DNA from: Octopus vulgaris
Taxonomy: Eukaryota
Direction of reading: 5' to 3'
Length of the DNA stretch: 64,000 bases
Assembly: GCA_951406725.2 (NCBI GenBank)
Contig: OX597815.1
Span: 20,212,001-20,276,000 of the forward strand
The translations under genes were made by a program, and so were the position numbers. Numbering within the stretch: the first letter of the stretch is position 1; every line of letters begins with the position of its first letter. The notes below the pieces were generated by a model. That model ran no database searches and was not told the origin of the DNA. It saw nothing but the letters and a program-made list of their open reading frames with translations. Of this stretch, positions 1 through 13,255 are shown one piece after another.

Positions 1-657
1 TCACTATCTTCCCTGAACAAAAATTCCAAGTTCTAGGCTCCCAGTTAAAAGAAAGAAAATGTTATCGATTCTATATCATATATTATATCTTTAACCGAAG
101 CGGTTTTAGTTGATCAATAAACAGAATGTCACATTGTTATCGCTATTGGTTAAGTTTTCTATTTTAAGTCACCAGTTATATGGAATAGAGTTTTCCACGA
201 AAATCAATGAGCATTTAAGAATTATAAATAATACCTCCAGCTTTTAATGCGTTCATTTGCGTGTTTGAGAGTCGTGCATTTTATTGACTGGTTTCTGCTA
301 GACACTTTTTTTCCACATTATCTTAAACTTTATATAATCTAAAACTATTAAAGTCTAACATAATGCGAAACTATGGCTAAGCTTCAGGCCTAACTTTGTA
401 ACTAACTCAACTTTATTTTTAATGATTTAACCGCATCTACTGCCCGATTTAACAACACCATCTCTTGGCCCTTTGGTAATTTTAGTGAAAACTATTCTGT
501 TGTAAGTAGTTGGTCCAATCTCCAGTGGGAAGATAATTTCCTTTCTTCCTTCTTTCCTTCTTTCTATCAGTCACCGGAGATCCTACAAAATGTCATGGCC
601 GCTGCCCAACATCCTCTGACTAAACCTGAATAACAGGTCCTCTTCTAAACATGATGA

Positions 658-1085
658 GGATCTTTTCAGTTTGAACGGCAGTTCTTTCTAGAGGTGTCAT
701 ATGAAATTGTCACCCATAACTATGACCCTAGTATCGATCTATTGCATTTCAATCTGTTTTAGGGTTAGGGTTAGGGTTAGGGTTAGGGGTGGGGGAAGGG
801 TATCTTTTTTTCTTCACAAATGTAAATAAACCCAATCTGTTTCTTAAACGAGGGACATATTCATACGGCACAGAATGTTTTCACCTCAATAGACGTCATT
901 GATTGGTTGAAATTGCAGAAATTGAAGAAAAAAACAACAAATATCTTACAAACAATAGAATTTTCTCAATAAAGCCAAGAGAAAAAGATGTTTTATAAAC
1001 ACATTCTACCAGTATACCAAGTTTAAAAGTGTTTAGTTACGTGGAAATTATTTTTAAAAACTGCCGTTCAAACCGAAAAGATCCC
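658..1085. mobile_element. MITE-like non-autonomous DNA element with ~26-bp terminal inverted repeats and internal telomeric repeats
   Basis: Left end GGATCTTTTCAGTTTGAACGGCAGTT is the reverse complement (1 mismatch) of right end AACTGCCGTTCAAACCGAAAAGATCC. ATGA direct repeat on both flanks (654-657, 1086-1089). No ORF. Confidence 0.8.
759..788 (+). repeat. (TTAGGG)5 interstitial telomere-type repeat followed by a G-run tract
   Basis: Five perfect TTAGGG units, then GTGGGGGAAGGG. Confidence 0.95.
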
Positions 1086-1795
1086 ATGATACTAATAGTG
1101 GAGCACCAAACTAAAGTATTTATTCGTTTTGTTGCAGATTATTGGAATGTCATGGTTTATGTAGAAATTATTGGCGTGTATTTTATTTTCATTCCATACA
1201 ATCGACAATATTATAACGTTTTTTCGTTATCTCTTACAGAGGTGTAAGCTTTATCAAAACTGTAGCTCTTATCATACGCCTGTTTTTGTTTTTCATTTTT
1301 AATTAGCAATCGTTTGAAATTAAGACTGCTTCAATAAAATCGCTTAGTGTGCAATGATTAGAAGCGAAAATTAAGAAGTTGATAGTATTTACAAATTCGA
1401 GACTTTTTTTTTTTTTTATTTAGCGGAAAAGAAATCTCTCCAGAAACGTGGGTGTTACGTAAATAATACAGTTCGTAATTACATGCTGCTGGTTCTTTTA
1501 TGAATAGATAGATGTGTGGTTCAATGTAGACAAGTTAGAAACTTTAAATCATTCAAACAATTTCAAATAAGAAGCTTTTAATTGTTTGATGGGGTTGATT
1601 TAACAACAGAGAATCAAATGAGTTTACTTTTAAATTAATTATCGATCCGAAAATTACATGAGTGCCAGCTTCAATAATACGTCTATCTAATAATCAACAT
1701 ACTCAAGTCTTTCAATGCATTCTAAGCGTTTTTTTTTCAGTTCCAACTCTTCCCATTGCCTTATCATCTTTCTCTCCATATCTGTCTGTCGATAC

Positions 1796-1853
1796 CTATA
1801 TATATATATAGAGGGAGAGAGGGGGAGAGACAGACAGACAGGCAGATATAGAT

Positions 1854-1884
<31 letters not shown>

Positions 1885-1928
1885 TATAGACAAACAGACA
1901 GACAGATAGAGAGAGAGAGAGAGAAAAC

Positions 1929-2012
<84 letters not shown>

Positions 2013-2031
2013 GGATAGGTAGGTAGGTGGG

Positions 2032-2102
<71 letters not shown>

Positions 2103-2106
2103 GTAG

Positions 2107-2181
<75 letters not shown>

Positions 2182-2200
2182 GGATAGGTAGGTAGGTGGG

Positions 2201-2270
<70 letters not shown>
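1796..2270. repeat. Compound microsatellite (TA)n/(GA)n/(GACA)n/(GATA)n
   Basis: Directly visible; source of the SIYL-type ORFs. Confidence 0.95.
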
Positions 2271-2885
2271 TAAAGCCCATGAGCTTTAAAAGTGCGCATT
2301 TATTTATTATTATTTATTAACAACTTAACATTAAATTGATGGATTATTCAATACCTTTTGGTAGAGCATAAATACAGCATCAAACTTGCCACCACGTAAC
2401 AAATTCTCCTAGATCCACAATTTTCTTCTGCCACATATTGTCTTGGCCCATCTAATTTTACTAAACTTCCTACGTTCCTCTTCTGTGACTACAAAATGTT
2501 TAATTCGTTAGTTGATATATAAGATTAAAACAACCCTTTCACTTTTTACAAAATTTTCGAATTATTTTTCACCTACGAGCCCAAAAATTTTTCCCTTTTT
2601 TTTTTTCGAGTATTTTCATTTACTTTTATGAAGTACTTTATGAATTCATATGAATACTTTTTATGAATTTTATCAACTTAAACAAAAGAAGAAAACGAAA
2701 TTTCCGAAACAGAGATTTTTATGAACATACAGTGACTAAATGCTGAAAATAAATTATAAATTAATTTACAAAAAAAATTAGAACAGAAATAGAAATACGA
2801 AAAACATCATTCTAAAATTATTTTGCGATGTCAAAGGAGAAAAGAATAAAATATTTCATCGAGAATTGTCTTTTGTGGAGTGAGC

Positions 2886-2923
<38 letters not shown>

Positions 2924-3256
2924 AGAGCCTGTTTACGTGAAGCCCTGGATATATTCTTCGCAAATCGTGAGAATATATTAAATAAGCACAATGAATTAGT
3001 TACAAATTGCAAGCATAAATTAAGATCAATATTTCATAGGGAAAATAGTTAACATTGGACAGAGATACATCTTCCCTCCCATTTCCTTCTGTGTCTTTTC
3101 CTCATCTCTCAGTCAAACATCTATTTACTATTTCTTTGTTTTTTGTTTTTTGTTTTTTTTCTCTACTCTTGTCAACTACTAAGATCTGAAATGAGATTCA
3201 TGCACTACTAATTGGTACTATACGTAATTCCCAATCTAATATTTTTATAGTGTCTA

Positions 3257-3605
3257 GTGTGAAGGCGCATGGCTCAGTGGTTGGAGCGTCGAGCTTACGA
3301 TCGTGAGATTGTGAGTTCGATTCCCCGGGCCGGGCTGCGTGTTGTGTTCTTGAGCAAGACACTTTATTTCACGTTGCTCCAGTTAATTCAGCTGTAGAAA
3401 TGACTTGCGACGTCACTGGTGCCAAACTGTATCGACCCCTTTGCCTTTTCCCTTGGATAACATCAGTGGTGTGGAGAGGGGAGGCTGGTATGCATGGGCG
3501 ACTACTGGTCTTCCACAAACAACCTTGCCCCGACTTGTACCTCGGAGGGTAAATTTCTAGGTGCAATCCCATGGTTATCCACGACCGAAGGGGGTCTCCT
3601 CCTCC
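3257..3605 (+). mobile_element. tRNA-derived SINE, family B3 (tRNA-like head, CORE-like block, unique tail)
   Basis: A-box TGGCTCAGTGG, B-box GAGTTCGATTCC, then TTGTGTTCTTGAGCAAGACACTTTATTTCACGTTGCTCCAG shared with the copies at 16353 and 16844. Confidence 0.8.
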
Positions 3606-3616
3606 ATTTTTATAGT

Positions 3617-4036
3617 ATACCTATTTCTTTACTACCCACAAGGGTAAACACAGAGGGGACAAACAAGGACAGACAAACGGATTAAGTCGATTATATCGAC
3701 CCCAGTGCGTAACTGGTACTTAATATATCGATCCCGAAAGGATGAAAGGCAAAGTTGACCTCGGCGGAATTTGAACTCAGAACGTAACGGCAGACGAAAT
3801 ACCTATTTCTGTATTACCCACAAGGGCTAAACACAGAGGAGACAAACAAGGGCAGACAAACGGATTAAGTCGATTACATCGACCCCAGTGCGTAACTGGT
3901 ACTTAATTTATCGACCCCGAAAAGGATGAAAGGCAAAGTAAACCTCGGCGGGATTTGAACTCGGAACGTAACGGCAGACGAAATACGGCTACGCATTTCG
4001 CCCGGCGTGCTAACTTTTCTGCCAGCTCGCCGCCTT
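3617..4036 (-). mobile_element. SINE family C with a tandemly duplicated ~185-bp 3' module
   Basis: Head AGGCGGCGAGCTGGCAGAAAAGTTAGCACGCCGGG on the minus strand, B-box GAGTTCAAATCC. The module appears twice (~3617-3800 and ~3800-3985). Further copies at ~18030, ~21548, ~32385, ~48275, ~48767. Confidence 0.85.
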
Positions 4037-4510
4037 GTCGATAAATTAAGTACCAATGAAACAATGGGGTCAATGTAACTGATTAGTTTCGTCCCCTGAA
4101 ATTGCAGGCCTGGTGCCTATTTTAGAAAAGATTATTAAAGATTATCTCTTCTTAACAGTATGCTTAAGATATCTTCATTGTATTTCTCTCCTTTTTTCAC
4201 CTCCTTTCTCTATGTTCCCTGTATCTGAAGAATTCAAATATACACATATATATGTATAAGTGTTTCTATTTATATGTGTGTATGTCTAGAGGTTTAGAAT
4301 TCAAATATTGGCTAATGCACCTGAATTAGGGATAAATATAGTCAAATTGTTAGACTAGTGATATTATGACTGGTATCGATATGGTTTGTTATTACTAGGT
4401 TTGGCATTAGTATTATAATTATCTTTGTTTCCTCATATAATTATCTGTTAACGAGAAGGTGACGAACTGGCAGAATCGTTAGCACGCCCGGCAAAAATGC
4501 TTAGCACAGA

Positions 4511-4758
4511 CATATAAGACGCACCCCAATTTCAACAGTGCATACTCTCTTTACTTGTTTTAGTCATTTGACTGTGGCCATGCTGGAGCACCGCCTTCAG
4601 TCGAACAAATCGACTCCAGGACTTATTCTTTGTAAGCCTAGTACTTATTCTATCGGTCTCTTTTGCCAAACCGCTAAGTTATGGGGACATAAACACACCA
4701 GCATCGGTTGTCAAGCGATGCTGGGGGGACAAATACAGACACATGAACGTGTACACAA

Positions 4759-4795
<37 letters not shown>

Positions 4796-5241
4796 TACGA
4801 CGGGCTTCTTTCAGTTTCTGTCTACCAAATCCACTCACAAGGCTTTGGTCGGCCCGAGGCTATAGTAGAAGACACTTGCCCAAGTTTCCACGCAGTGGGA
4901 CTGAATCCGGAACCATGTGGTTGGTAAACAAGCTACTTACCACACAGCCACTCCTGCGCACATATATATATATACGAGGCTATAGTAGAAGACACTTGCC
5001 CAAGGTGCCACGCAGTGGGACTGAACCCGGAACCATGTGGTTGGTAAGCAAGCCACTTACCACACAGCCACTCCTACGCATTTTCAGGAAAAGAAAGTTT
5101 TTAATGCTTCAAAGCTTATAGGAGGCGAAACTTCGCATTATAGAACTCGGGGTGATTTTGCTTTTGTTATATTTTGTTGTGTGTGTTTTTTTTAAACAGG
5201 TCAGAGAAAAAGAAGTGCGTCATACATGCGACCAAATACAG
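4511..5241. mobile_element. Partial pogo/Tigger-like MITE interrupted by a SINE
   Basis: TATAAGACGCACCC before the SINE and AAGTGCGTCATACATGCGACCAAATACAG|TA after it resemble pogo-type subterminal and terminal motifs; only one terminus visible. Confidence 0.4.
4543..5080 (-). mobile_element. SINE family A (tRNA-like head, internal (TA)/(TG) tract, CR1-like tail) with a duplicated 5' head
   Basis: Head GCGCAGGAGTGGCTGTGTGGTAAG...GGTTCAGTCCCACTGCGTGG present twice (~4855-4960, ~4975-5080). Tail ...CCAGCATGGCCACAGTCAAATGACT-AAACAAGTAAAG. Confidence 0.9.
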
Positions 5242-5556
5242 TATTATTGTCACATATATTAAGATGAGACAAACCATTTAGTATTATTTCGGAAACATTT
5301 CCTGTTCCATATAAATTTTCTTATGAACATTTGTGTTAATATGAAGTCTGCGACATCTTTGTGACTACGAACGTTTTGCGACAACTACTGTTCTGTTATG
5401 TTTAACCTGTATTGCATTTTACAATTTTACTTCTTTTGATCCGTCGTAATTAATGTAACTTTTTCTTCACGAATGGAGCGAATTGAGAAATATGATCATT
5501 CACTGCTATTTGTAGTATTTCATCAATTGTTTCAGTAAGTTGCTTCAATAACAGGT

Positions 5557-5675
5557 AAGTAGGTAGGTAGGTAGGTAGGTAGGTAGGTAGGTAGGTATTT
5601 GGGTAGGTAGGTGAGTAGGTAGGTAGGTATTGTGTAGAAACTATGCAGTTAACCGTTGCGTGCTCATATGTGTGT

Positions 5676-5754
<79 letters not shown>

Positions 5755-6243
5755 TGTTTCTTTATTAGCCACGCAGGGCTGGACACAGACGGGACAAATT
5801 ACAAAGTAGAGCTTTTCTTTTTGAGGAGTGAAAAAAAAGTGGGGTAGGTTTTCGATCAAAAGGGATCGCAGAAAGGAAAAAAAAAGAAAAAGAAAAGAAA
5901 AAAAAGAAAAGAAAGAACGATCAATAGGAATCGTATATCATAGAAATGTCATGATGTAAAGTGTAAAGGGGGAAGCAGATAAGGTTTATCCATGGAAAGA
6001 AAAGCCTACGAAAAGATAACGGTAACCTCGGTCATTAAGGTCACATGTTAACACATTTATTTGCAAGTAAGTAACTCTCTGTTTTAAATTTTTCCGGGTT
6101 CATAGGATTATGCTCAAGGTGGCTTCGTCATTCATACGTGCCATCCTTGCTACATTCACCCATCTTTTTTGAAACATTCGCTAGACAAAACTTGCCTTTC
6201 TACTCTCACTTTCCTTTTCAAGTGATGCTTGAAGAAGTTGATG

Positions 6244-6333
<90 letters not shown>

Positions 6334-6687
6334 ACTCACACACACACACACACACATATAAAATTTTTATATCGGAAACGTTTTCAACTTTGACCATCTG
6401 CAAAACCCAAATTTTATTTTGCTTTGCGGGAACAACTGTTTTCTCGAAGACACATCTTGTAATTGCTCGAAATGTGAAGTAGATAAACAGCTGACAACTG
6501 GTGAAGGGTCGTTCTTTATGTTACTTGTCTTGTTTTCCATTTGTTTCTTTCGTTATTCGCAAAAAAAAGTTTGTATTCCATGTTTTCGTATTTCATGTTG
6601 TTTACGTTTTATGACGTCCTGTACCCATGTATGCATATGTTTACATATATACATATATGTATGTATATATGCATATATATATATATG

Positions 6688-6769
<82 letters not shown>

Positions 6770-6817
6770 CATATATATACACATATATATTCATATATAT
6801 ACATATATATATACATA
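5557..6817. repeat. Cluster of microsatellites: (GGTA)n ~5557-5628, (GATA)n ~5677-5753 and ~6243-6332, (TA)n-type ~6640-6817
   Basis: Directly visible. Confidence 0.9.
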
Positions 6818-6819
6818 TG

Positions 6820-9800
6820 ATTTTGATATTGATTTTTCCAGTTTCAGCTCATGAGCTGTGGCCATGCTGGGGCACCACCATTTGGTTTGCTACATGATTT
6901 TACCTCACGAATGCTTTTTAGCAACTGTCATTTGGTGCATGAGAGAGTTCGATGTAGCTGCCCTCATCTGCACCTCCTGCCGTGAAGTTGGTTCATCCGG
7001 GACACCTGACAGGAAGAGATCCAGTTTTATTTTAAAGACATCTGCATCCACCCCATGCAGGTCTCTTAGATTCTTTGGGAGGATATTGAAGAGCTGTGGG
7101 CTTCGGAAGCCCAGGCTATCACAGTATCTTGTCCTACATCTTGATGGCAAATTTGGAGTCCTAGGCACCACGCAGTGGCGCCCAGTTCTGGCATTTGTGT
7201 AACTCTCGATGCCAAAGTTTGAGACAAGTCCTTCCAGGATCTTCCAGATGTATATTATGGCATATCTTTCTCGCCTACGCTCCAAGGAATAGAGTTTTAA
7301 TCTCTTGAGTCTTTCCCAGTAGCTTATATTCTGCACAGAGGCTATCAACTTGACCATAGCTGAGAGCAATAGTCAAAGTGGCTTAGGACAAGTGTCCTCC
7401 AGAGGACCATCATGGTTTCTTTTTCTCTTGTTCTAAAGGTTCTGAGAATCCATCCGGCCAGTCGTCTACATTTCATTGCCAATTTAGCAACATGTACACG
7501 AAAGGTTCGTCATCACTCATGTAAATACCCAGGTCACGCACTGATTGTTCCTCTGGGATTGCAATTCCTCCGGGTCCAGTGTATTCATTGGGTATTGCAT
7601 TTAGTTTTGCATGCTGATAGCATAAAGCTTGAAACTTTTCAGCATTGAACTGCATGCTATTCTTTTCAGCCCACTTGTATATTTTGTCCAGCTCACATTG
7701 CAGGCGTTTAGTGTCCTCAGGGTTCTGTATTGCCTGTGAAACTTGTGTATCATCTGCATAACTTGTGATCGTGGCTCTCTGCGTGGCTGAGGGCATGTCT
7801 GAGAGGGCCATTATGAATAGTAGTGGTCCCAAAACAGTGCCCTGCGGAACACCGCTCACTATTTGCGTGTTAATGGCTACTACCACCTGACTTCTATCTT
7901 TCAGAAAGTCATGAAGCCATTCTCCCAGTTTTCCAACTATGCTAAGATCACGCAGTTTGTGGCATATCATTCCATGATCGACTTTATCAAAGGCCTTTGC
8001 AAAGTCGAGATATATCACTTCCACATTTGAGTGGTTGAGCAGTCGTTTCAGCACCCAGTCATAGTGTTGTAGGAGCTGAGTTAAGCAGCTTCTTCCTGGT
8101 CGGAAACCATGCTGGGTGTCGGGCAGCAAGTCATTTTCTTCAAGGAAGGTGATCAGTTTCCTTCTGACTATTCGTTCCATGACCTTGCTGATGTGTGAGG
8201 TCAGAGAGATAGGTCTGTAGTTCTTGGCCTCCGCTCTGCTACCTCCTTTATGAATAGGGCATATTTTACCTTCCTTCAGTTTTCTTGGAAGTTTGCCAGC
8301 TGCAAGGAAGCTCTGAAAGAGGAACTGCAGTGGTCTTGCTAGGACTCTCTTACATACTTTTAGGAGGGTTGGCCGGGAATCCATCGGGGCCAGTAGCTGA
8401 GTCTGTTTTCATTTCATCTATAGCCTTTATTACATCGTCTTCCTTTATATCGATGTAATCTATCGTCGCCGCCTCTGAGTTTATATCTGCAGTGGTAAAG
8501 AAGTCAGTTGGATTGGTGATTTGGAAATGCCCAAGGGGTGGAGTGAAAACACTCTTGAATTGCTCATTCAGTATTTCACTTACCCTCATTGGTTTTCCTG
8601 TGAGTGTGCCATCCTTTTCAAGGAGTGGCCCTATCCTACAGTGCACCGTAGCTGTTTCTTTGGCATACCTGTAGAAAGCTCTGGGGTTAGATTTTATGTT
8701 GTCTATAGCCCAGGCTTCTTTGTCTGCTCTTTCCTTTTCATGGGAGAGTTGCAGACATTTTTCAATTTCCAACAGTTTCATTTTCAGGCGGGACCTTTCA
8801 CTGCTTTCAATTTGTTTGTTTAGGCGATTTGAAATTTTTGTACGCCGTCTCATTAAAATTTTCCTCTCTCTGGGGATTTTGTTCTTGTGTACAGTGGCCT
8901 TTCTCTCTGGGACACATTTGTAGCATATGGCTTGCATTACAGACATGAATTGTTGAAGTTTCACATCGATGTCTGGCGAGGAGAGACATTCAGGCCAGTT
9001 TTGTTTGAGGATCTCTTTCTCAATTTGTTTCCAGTTTGCCTTATGGAAGTTCAAGCTGGAAAGATTCTGAGGTTTTCTTGTAGGCTGCATGTCCATGCTT
9101 TCCTTTGGCCCGTACATGGTCAGCTCTACCATGTTGTGATCCGAGAGTAGTGTCGGTGTCACTTTCACATTATGGATGAGATCCATATTATTTGTGAAGC
9201 AGAGATCCAGTGTGTTACCTGCCCTGGTTGGTTGGAGTATTACTTGCTCCATGTACAGGGTGTTGATGAGGTTCAGGAGGGACCTCGCCTGACCTCGTTC
9301 ACATCTTGTCATTCCTGGGAGAGAAAGGCCCTCGGGCCATCTGACATTGGGTGGATTGAAGTCTCCCATAAGAAGTACACTTATGTGTTGTTCTAATGTG
9401 ATTAGAACTTCTATTTTTATAAGGCAGTCTTCAAACTTGCCTACATGGCTTGGGGCATCTGGAGGGCGATATGTAGCACACACAACTACATCAAGTTGCC
9501 TTATATGAACAATTAGTGTGTCACACACCGAGTTTGAGTATGACAAAAGGACCTGGGGTGTGAGGTCCTCACGGATGTACATAGCAACTCCTCCATGACT
9601 CCTTTCTTTTCTGTCGGTCCGTAGTACAACATACTGTGGTATGTGTAATTCCGCATCTGCTATGTCCGGTTTCAGGTGCGTTTCCGTAAGTGCTATACAT
9701 AAGGCTTGATTGCATGCAACAAAGTCTCTCAAGAACGGGATTTTTGTCCTGTTATTGAGTGTTTGCAGTCCTCTGATGTTCAGTAGGAGCATCGAGGTGA

Positions 9801-10107
9801 GGTGTATGCTGTTGCCGGCGGTGTCCACCCTGGGTCTATTTGCTGTGGTGGTCTTGTATATTGTGGGTAGACCCATCTGCGAGCTTGGGTTTGATGAAGC
9901 CAGGTTAGTACAATCTTTTGCTGTACAATCTTTTGTGCCATGCACAAAAATGATTCTTGTTCAGCAGCTGCCCTTTCAACAACATCATGTTAGCGGTTTG
10001 TGGCACGCACCACATCTGCGTACCTCCGTTTTGGGGCAGGTGGTGCGTGTTCCATCCCTTTTCCTTTTGTTAGTTTGTTTCTGATCTGTTTCGTGTCTCT
10101 GCGGCAT
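6820..10107 (-). mobile_element. CR1-clade LINE, copy 1 (5'-truncated, probably in the end of ORF1; near-complete ORF2; 3' tail)
   Basis: APE endonuclease motifs (NIRGL, TETHL, GGVAMY, YRPP, GDFN, TLDL, SDHN), RT motifs ([33 protein letters not shown]) and a CR1-type C-terminus ([20 protein letters not shown]). Flanked by (TA)-rich tracts. Confidence 0.92.
6905..9945 (-). pseudogene. CR1 ORF2 (APE endonuclease + reverse transcriptase), frameshifted into three ORFs: 8350-9945, 7473-8384, 6905-7369
   Basis: Contiguous homology across frames; comparison with copy 2 shows frameshifts near 8370 and 7500 and an internal deletion near 7350. Confidence 0.9.
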
Positions 10108-10999
10108 ATATATACATACAAATATATGTAAGTATGTACATATATGTATGTATATACGCATATATATATATATATATTATTTATATTATTATTTGATTGA
10201 ACTCCACACATCCATTTCCAATATATATATATATATATAAATTTAAGCCTTAGTGAAAAATGAGGGATGAGATCTAACCTGGAGGTGTGTACCGTTTCCC
10301 TCGTTTTTATATGATTTTTTATCATTATTATTATTATTTTAATCAAGATATCTACAGATGTTTAAAGTTTATATCGCAAACCAAAATCCAAAAAAAATCA
10401 GAATTTTAAAAATTGCTAATGACTGTTACATATATTTTCTAAGTATATCTCATTCTGAAATCAGGTGACATTTGTCTAAATTTATTCTATTTAACACACA
10501 GTAGAATGGAAGAAGTCACGAAGAGATGGGTAACAGACTAAGAGACAACTTCCTGGAGTTTTCAAAGCGAATTGAGATCGCGTGTCTGATGACAGATACA
10601 GTAGGAAGGACACCTTTCTTAACGAAATCATTTCAGAATTATTGGTGAGACTATTGTTGTTGTTTTCGTTGTCCTTGTTCTTGTTGTTAACCACAACAAT
10701 TAAGTCGAAATTCAACTTCAAAGTTTTATCTCCCCTTCTCCCCCTTTCGTTTTTTTCTCTCTTATCCTTTCTCTTATTCATTTCCTCTCCCTTTCACCGT
10801 TCTCTATCTGTCCCTCTTTCTTTCTCACTTTTCCTCCTTTACTCTCTCGTTGCTCACACGTGACCATCGGCCATCTTTCAGTCAGTTATTCGACATTTTT
10901 AAATGATGTAAGAATGAACAGAATCTGACTTCATAATTTTTCGCTCACAGCCGTAGATAACAGACAAATACAATATGATAGATCGGTGACCACTACACA

Positions 11000-11460
11000 T
11001 TTTTTTTTCTCTCCTTGTTTCTCTCCTTGTTTTTTCTCTCATTTTTTTCTCTCTTTTTTCTCTCCTTTTTCTCTCCTTGTTTTTTCTCTCATTTTTTCTC
11101 TCTTTTTTCTCTCCTTTTTTCTTTCCTTGTTTTTTTCTCTCATTTTTTTCTCTCCTTTTTTCTCTCTTTTTTCTCTCTTTTTTTCTCTCCTTGTTTTTTT
11201 CTCCCCTTGTTTTGCTCTCATTTTTTTGTCTCCTTTTTTCTCTTTTTTTTCTCTCCTTTTTTCTCTCCTTGTTTTTTTCTCTCATTTTTTCTCTCATTTT
11301 TTCTCTCTTTTTTCTCTCCTTTTTTCTCTTCTCATTTTTTCTCTCGTTTTTTCTCTCCTTTTTTTCTCTCCTTTTTTCTCTCATTTTTTCTCTCATTTTT
11401 TCTGTCCTTTTTTTCTCTCCTTTTTTTTCTCCTTGTTTCTCCTGCTTGTTTTTTTTCTGT
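11000..11460 (+). repeat. Degenerate polypyrimidine minisatellite (CTCTCCTTGTTTTTT / CTCTCATTTTTT units)
   Basis: About 460 bp almost purely T/C on the + strand; source of the K/E/R-rich and F/S/L-rich ORFs. Confidence 0.9.
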
Positions 11461-11464
11461 GCTC

Positions 11465-11500
11465 CTTTCTGTGGAAGAGCGTAGGCTCGAAACGTTAAAG
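11465..11500 (+). ncRNA. Minimal type I hammerhead-like motif, variant core (CUGUGGA), in a Penelope-like end running to ~11585
   Basis: CTTT-CTGTGGA-A-GAGC(GTAG)GCTC-GAAA-CG-TT-AAAG: stem I CTTT/AAAG, stem II GAGC/GCTC, palindromic stem III ACGT. Confidence 0.6.
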
Positions 11501-12068
11501 ACTTTCTCAATTCCCGAGCGTTATACTAATACATCTGTTTGATTTCTACACCATCTGTCTTCGTCTTTTGTTTTTGTCTTCATTCTTTATATTATCCTTT
11601 CATGAGTCAGACTACCAACTTTGCCATTGAAGTGAGTCTTACTGGACAATACACATCTTCGGGGAGCTGAAGGTAATTCTACGTTCAGAACATGTAAGAA
11701 ATTTTTTTAAAAAACATTTTGAACGATTTAGAGAAATTTCTGAGCGATCGACAGTCATCATTCGCCGGCGAACATGGCTGGTTAAGCTGCTAAGAGTTTA
11801 CTGATTGTTTTTGCTGTCCATGTAGTCACGAACAGACACAAACGCTCTCTTGATTCTTCGTCCTTGACTTAGTGAAATATCCCAAATATGACAGCTGGAG
11901 AGGAGAGAAGGCTACATTAGAAGTCGCCTGAGTGAGCTGGAGCGGCATGAAATGAAATATCTTGCTGAAGAACATAATGTGTCGCTTGATCCGGGAGTCG
12001 AACTCATGAATTTACAACCGAGAACCCAGCACCTTACCCACTTGGCCACGTACTTTGGCAAATTAAAT

Positions 12069-12070
<2 letters not shown>

Positions 12071-12100
<30 letters not shown>

Positions 12101-12360
12101 TGTATGTATGTATGTATGTGTGTGTGTATGTATGTATGTATGCATGTATGCATGCATGTATGTATGTATGTATGTATGTATGTATGTATGTATGTATGTG
12201 TGTGTGTGTGTATGTATGCATGTATGTATGTATGTATGTATGTATGTATGTATGTATGTATGTATGTATGTATGTATGTATGTATGTATGCATGCATGCA
12301 TGTATGTATGTATGTATGTGTGTATGTATGTATGTATGCATGTATGCATGTATGTATGTA

Positions 12361-12400
<40 letters not shown>

Positions 12401-12413
12401 TGTGTGTGTGTGT
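12071..12413. repeat. (TATG)n/(TG)n microsatellite
   Basis: Directly visible; a complementary (CATA)n tract lies at ~13170-13255. Confidence 0.95.
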
Positions 12414-13224
12414 GGTTGTTTTTGTGTTCTTGTTGTAGTCATTTTTCCTAGATCAACCCCGATATGACAGGCCCATGATCAAATACACTCCTGCTATAAC
12501 CATTCTGTATTTTGGCTAATATGTACGAACTACGCTACATACGGTGTCATGTCCTAAAAAAGACACGGTAGGGTGCGCATGTGTGTGTGTGTGTGTGGAC
12601 AGGAAGACTAAAAAAGAAAAATTTTGCTGAGTGAAAGAGAAAATTTGGAATCAAGTGGGAAGTGATTTATCGGGAGTGCGAAGAATGAAGAGAAAACTCT
12701 TTAAAATAAGAGCGAACAAAAGAATCATTAAAAGAACAAATTATCTTGAATGGCCATCATTACTCGCTACGATGTTTGTTGAAAAATGGGAAACCTATTT
12801 CCTCGTGGAAATTGAAAGTTATCGGAATTCTGGATAGAAAGTTGAAACTTGTGCAATAAAACTGCTTCTTTTGACAAGACAAATTATTTTATTCTTTTAT
12901 TCTTTTATTCTTTTATCCTTTGGCTGGTTTTAGTCATTAGATTGCGGTTATGTTGACACACTGCTTTCAAGGTTTTTAGTTGATTAAATTTACGTGAGGT
13001 TCTTTTTTTCTGTCGATCTCGTTAGAAGTAAAAGCCAATTAGTCGATATCAAATCAAAATACGTCAAGGTATTTTATTCCATGCACCGGTTTGTTCAACC
13101 CACGTCAATAGAAACACACGCACACATAGATATATTATATTATGTTATGTGTGTGTGCGCGCGGGTATGCATACATACATACATACATACATACATACAT
13201 ACATACATACATACATACATACAT

Positions 13225-13255
<31 letters not shown>

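Noticed and set aside
759-788. True telomere or chromosome-fusion site
   Set aside because: Only five units, one orientation, enclosed within a TIR-bounded element.
12631-12837. KRTNYLEWP motif reminiscent of TIR-domain or dCMP-deaminase sequences
   Set aside because: Too short, the flanking residues do not fit either family, and there are no convincing splice sites or partner exons.
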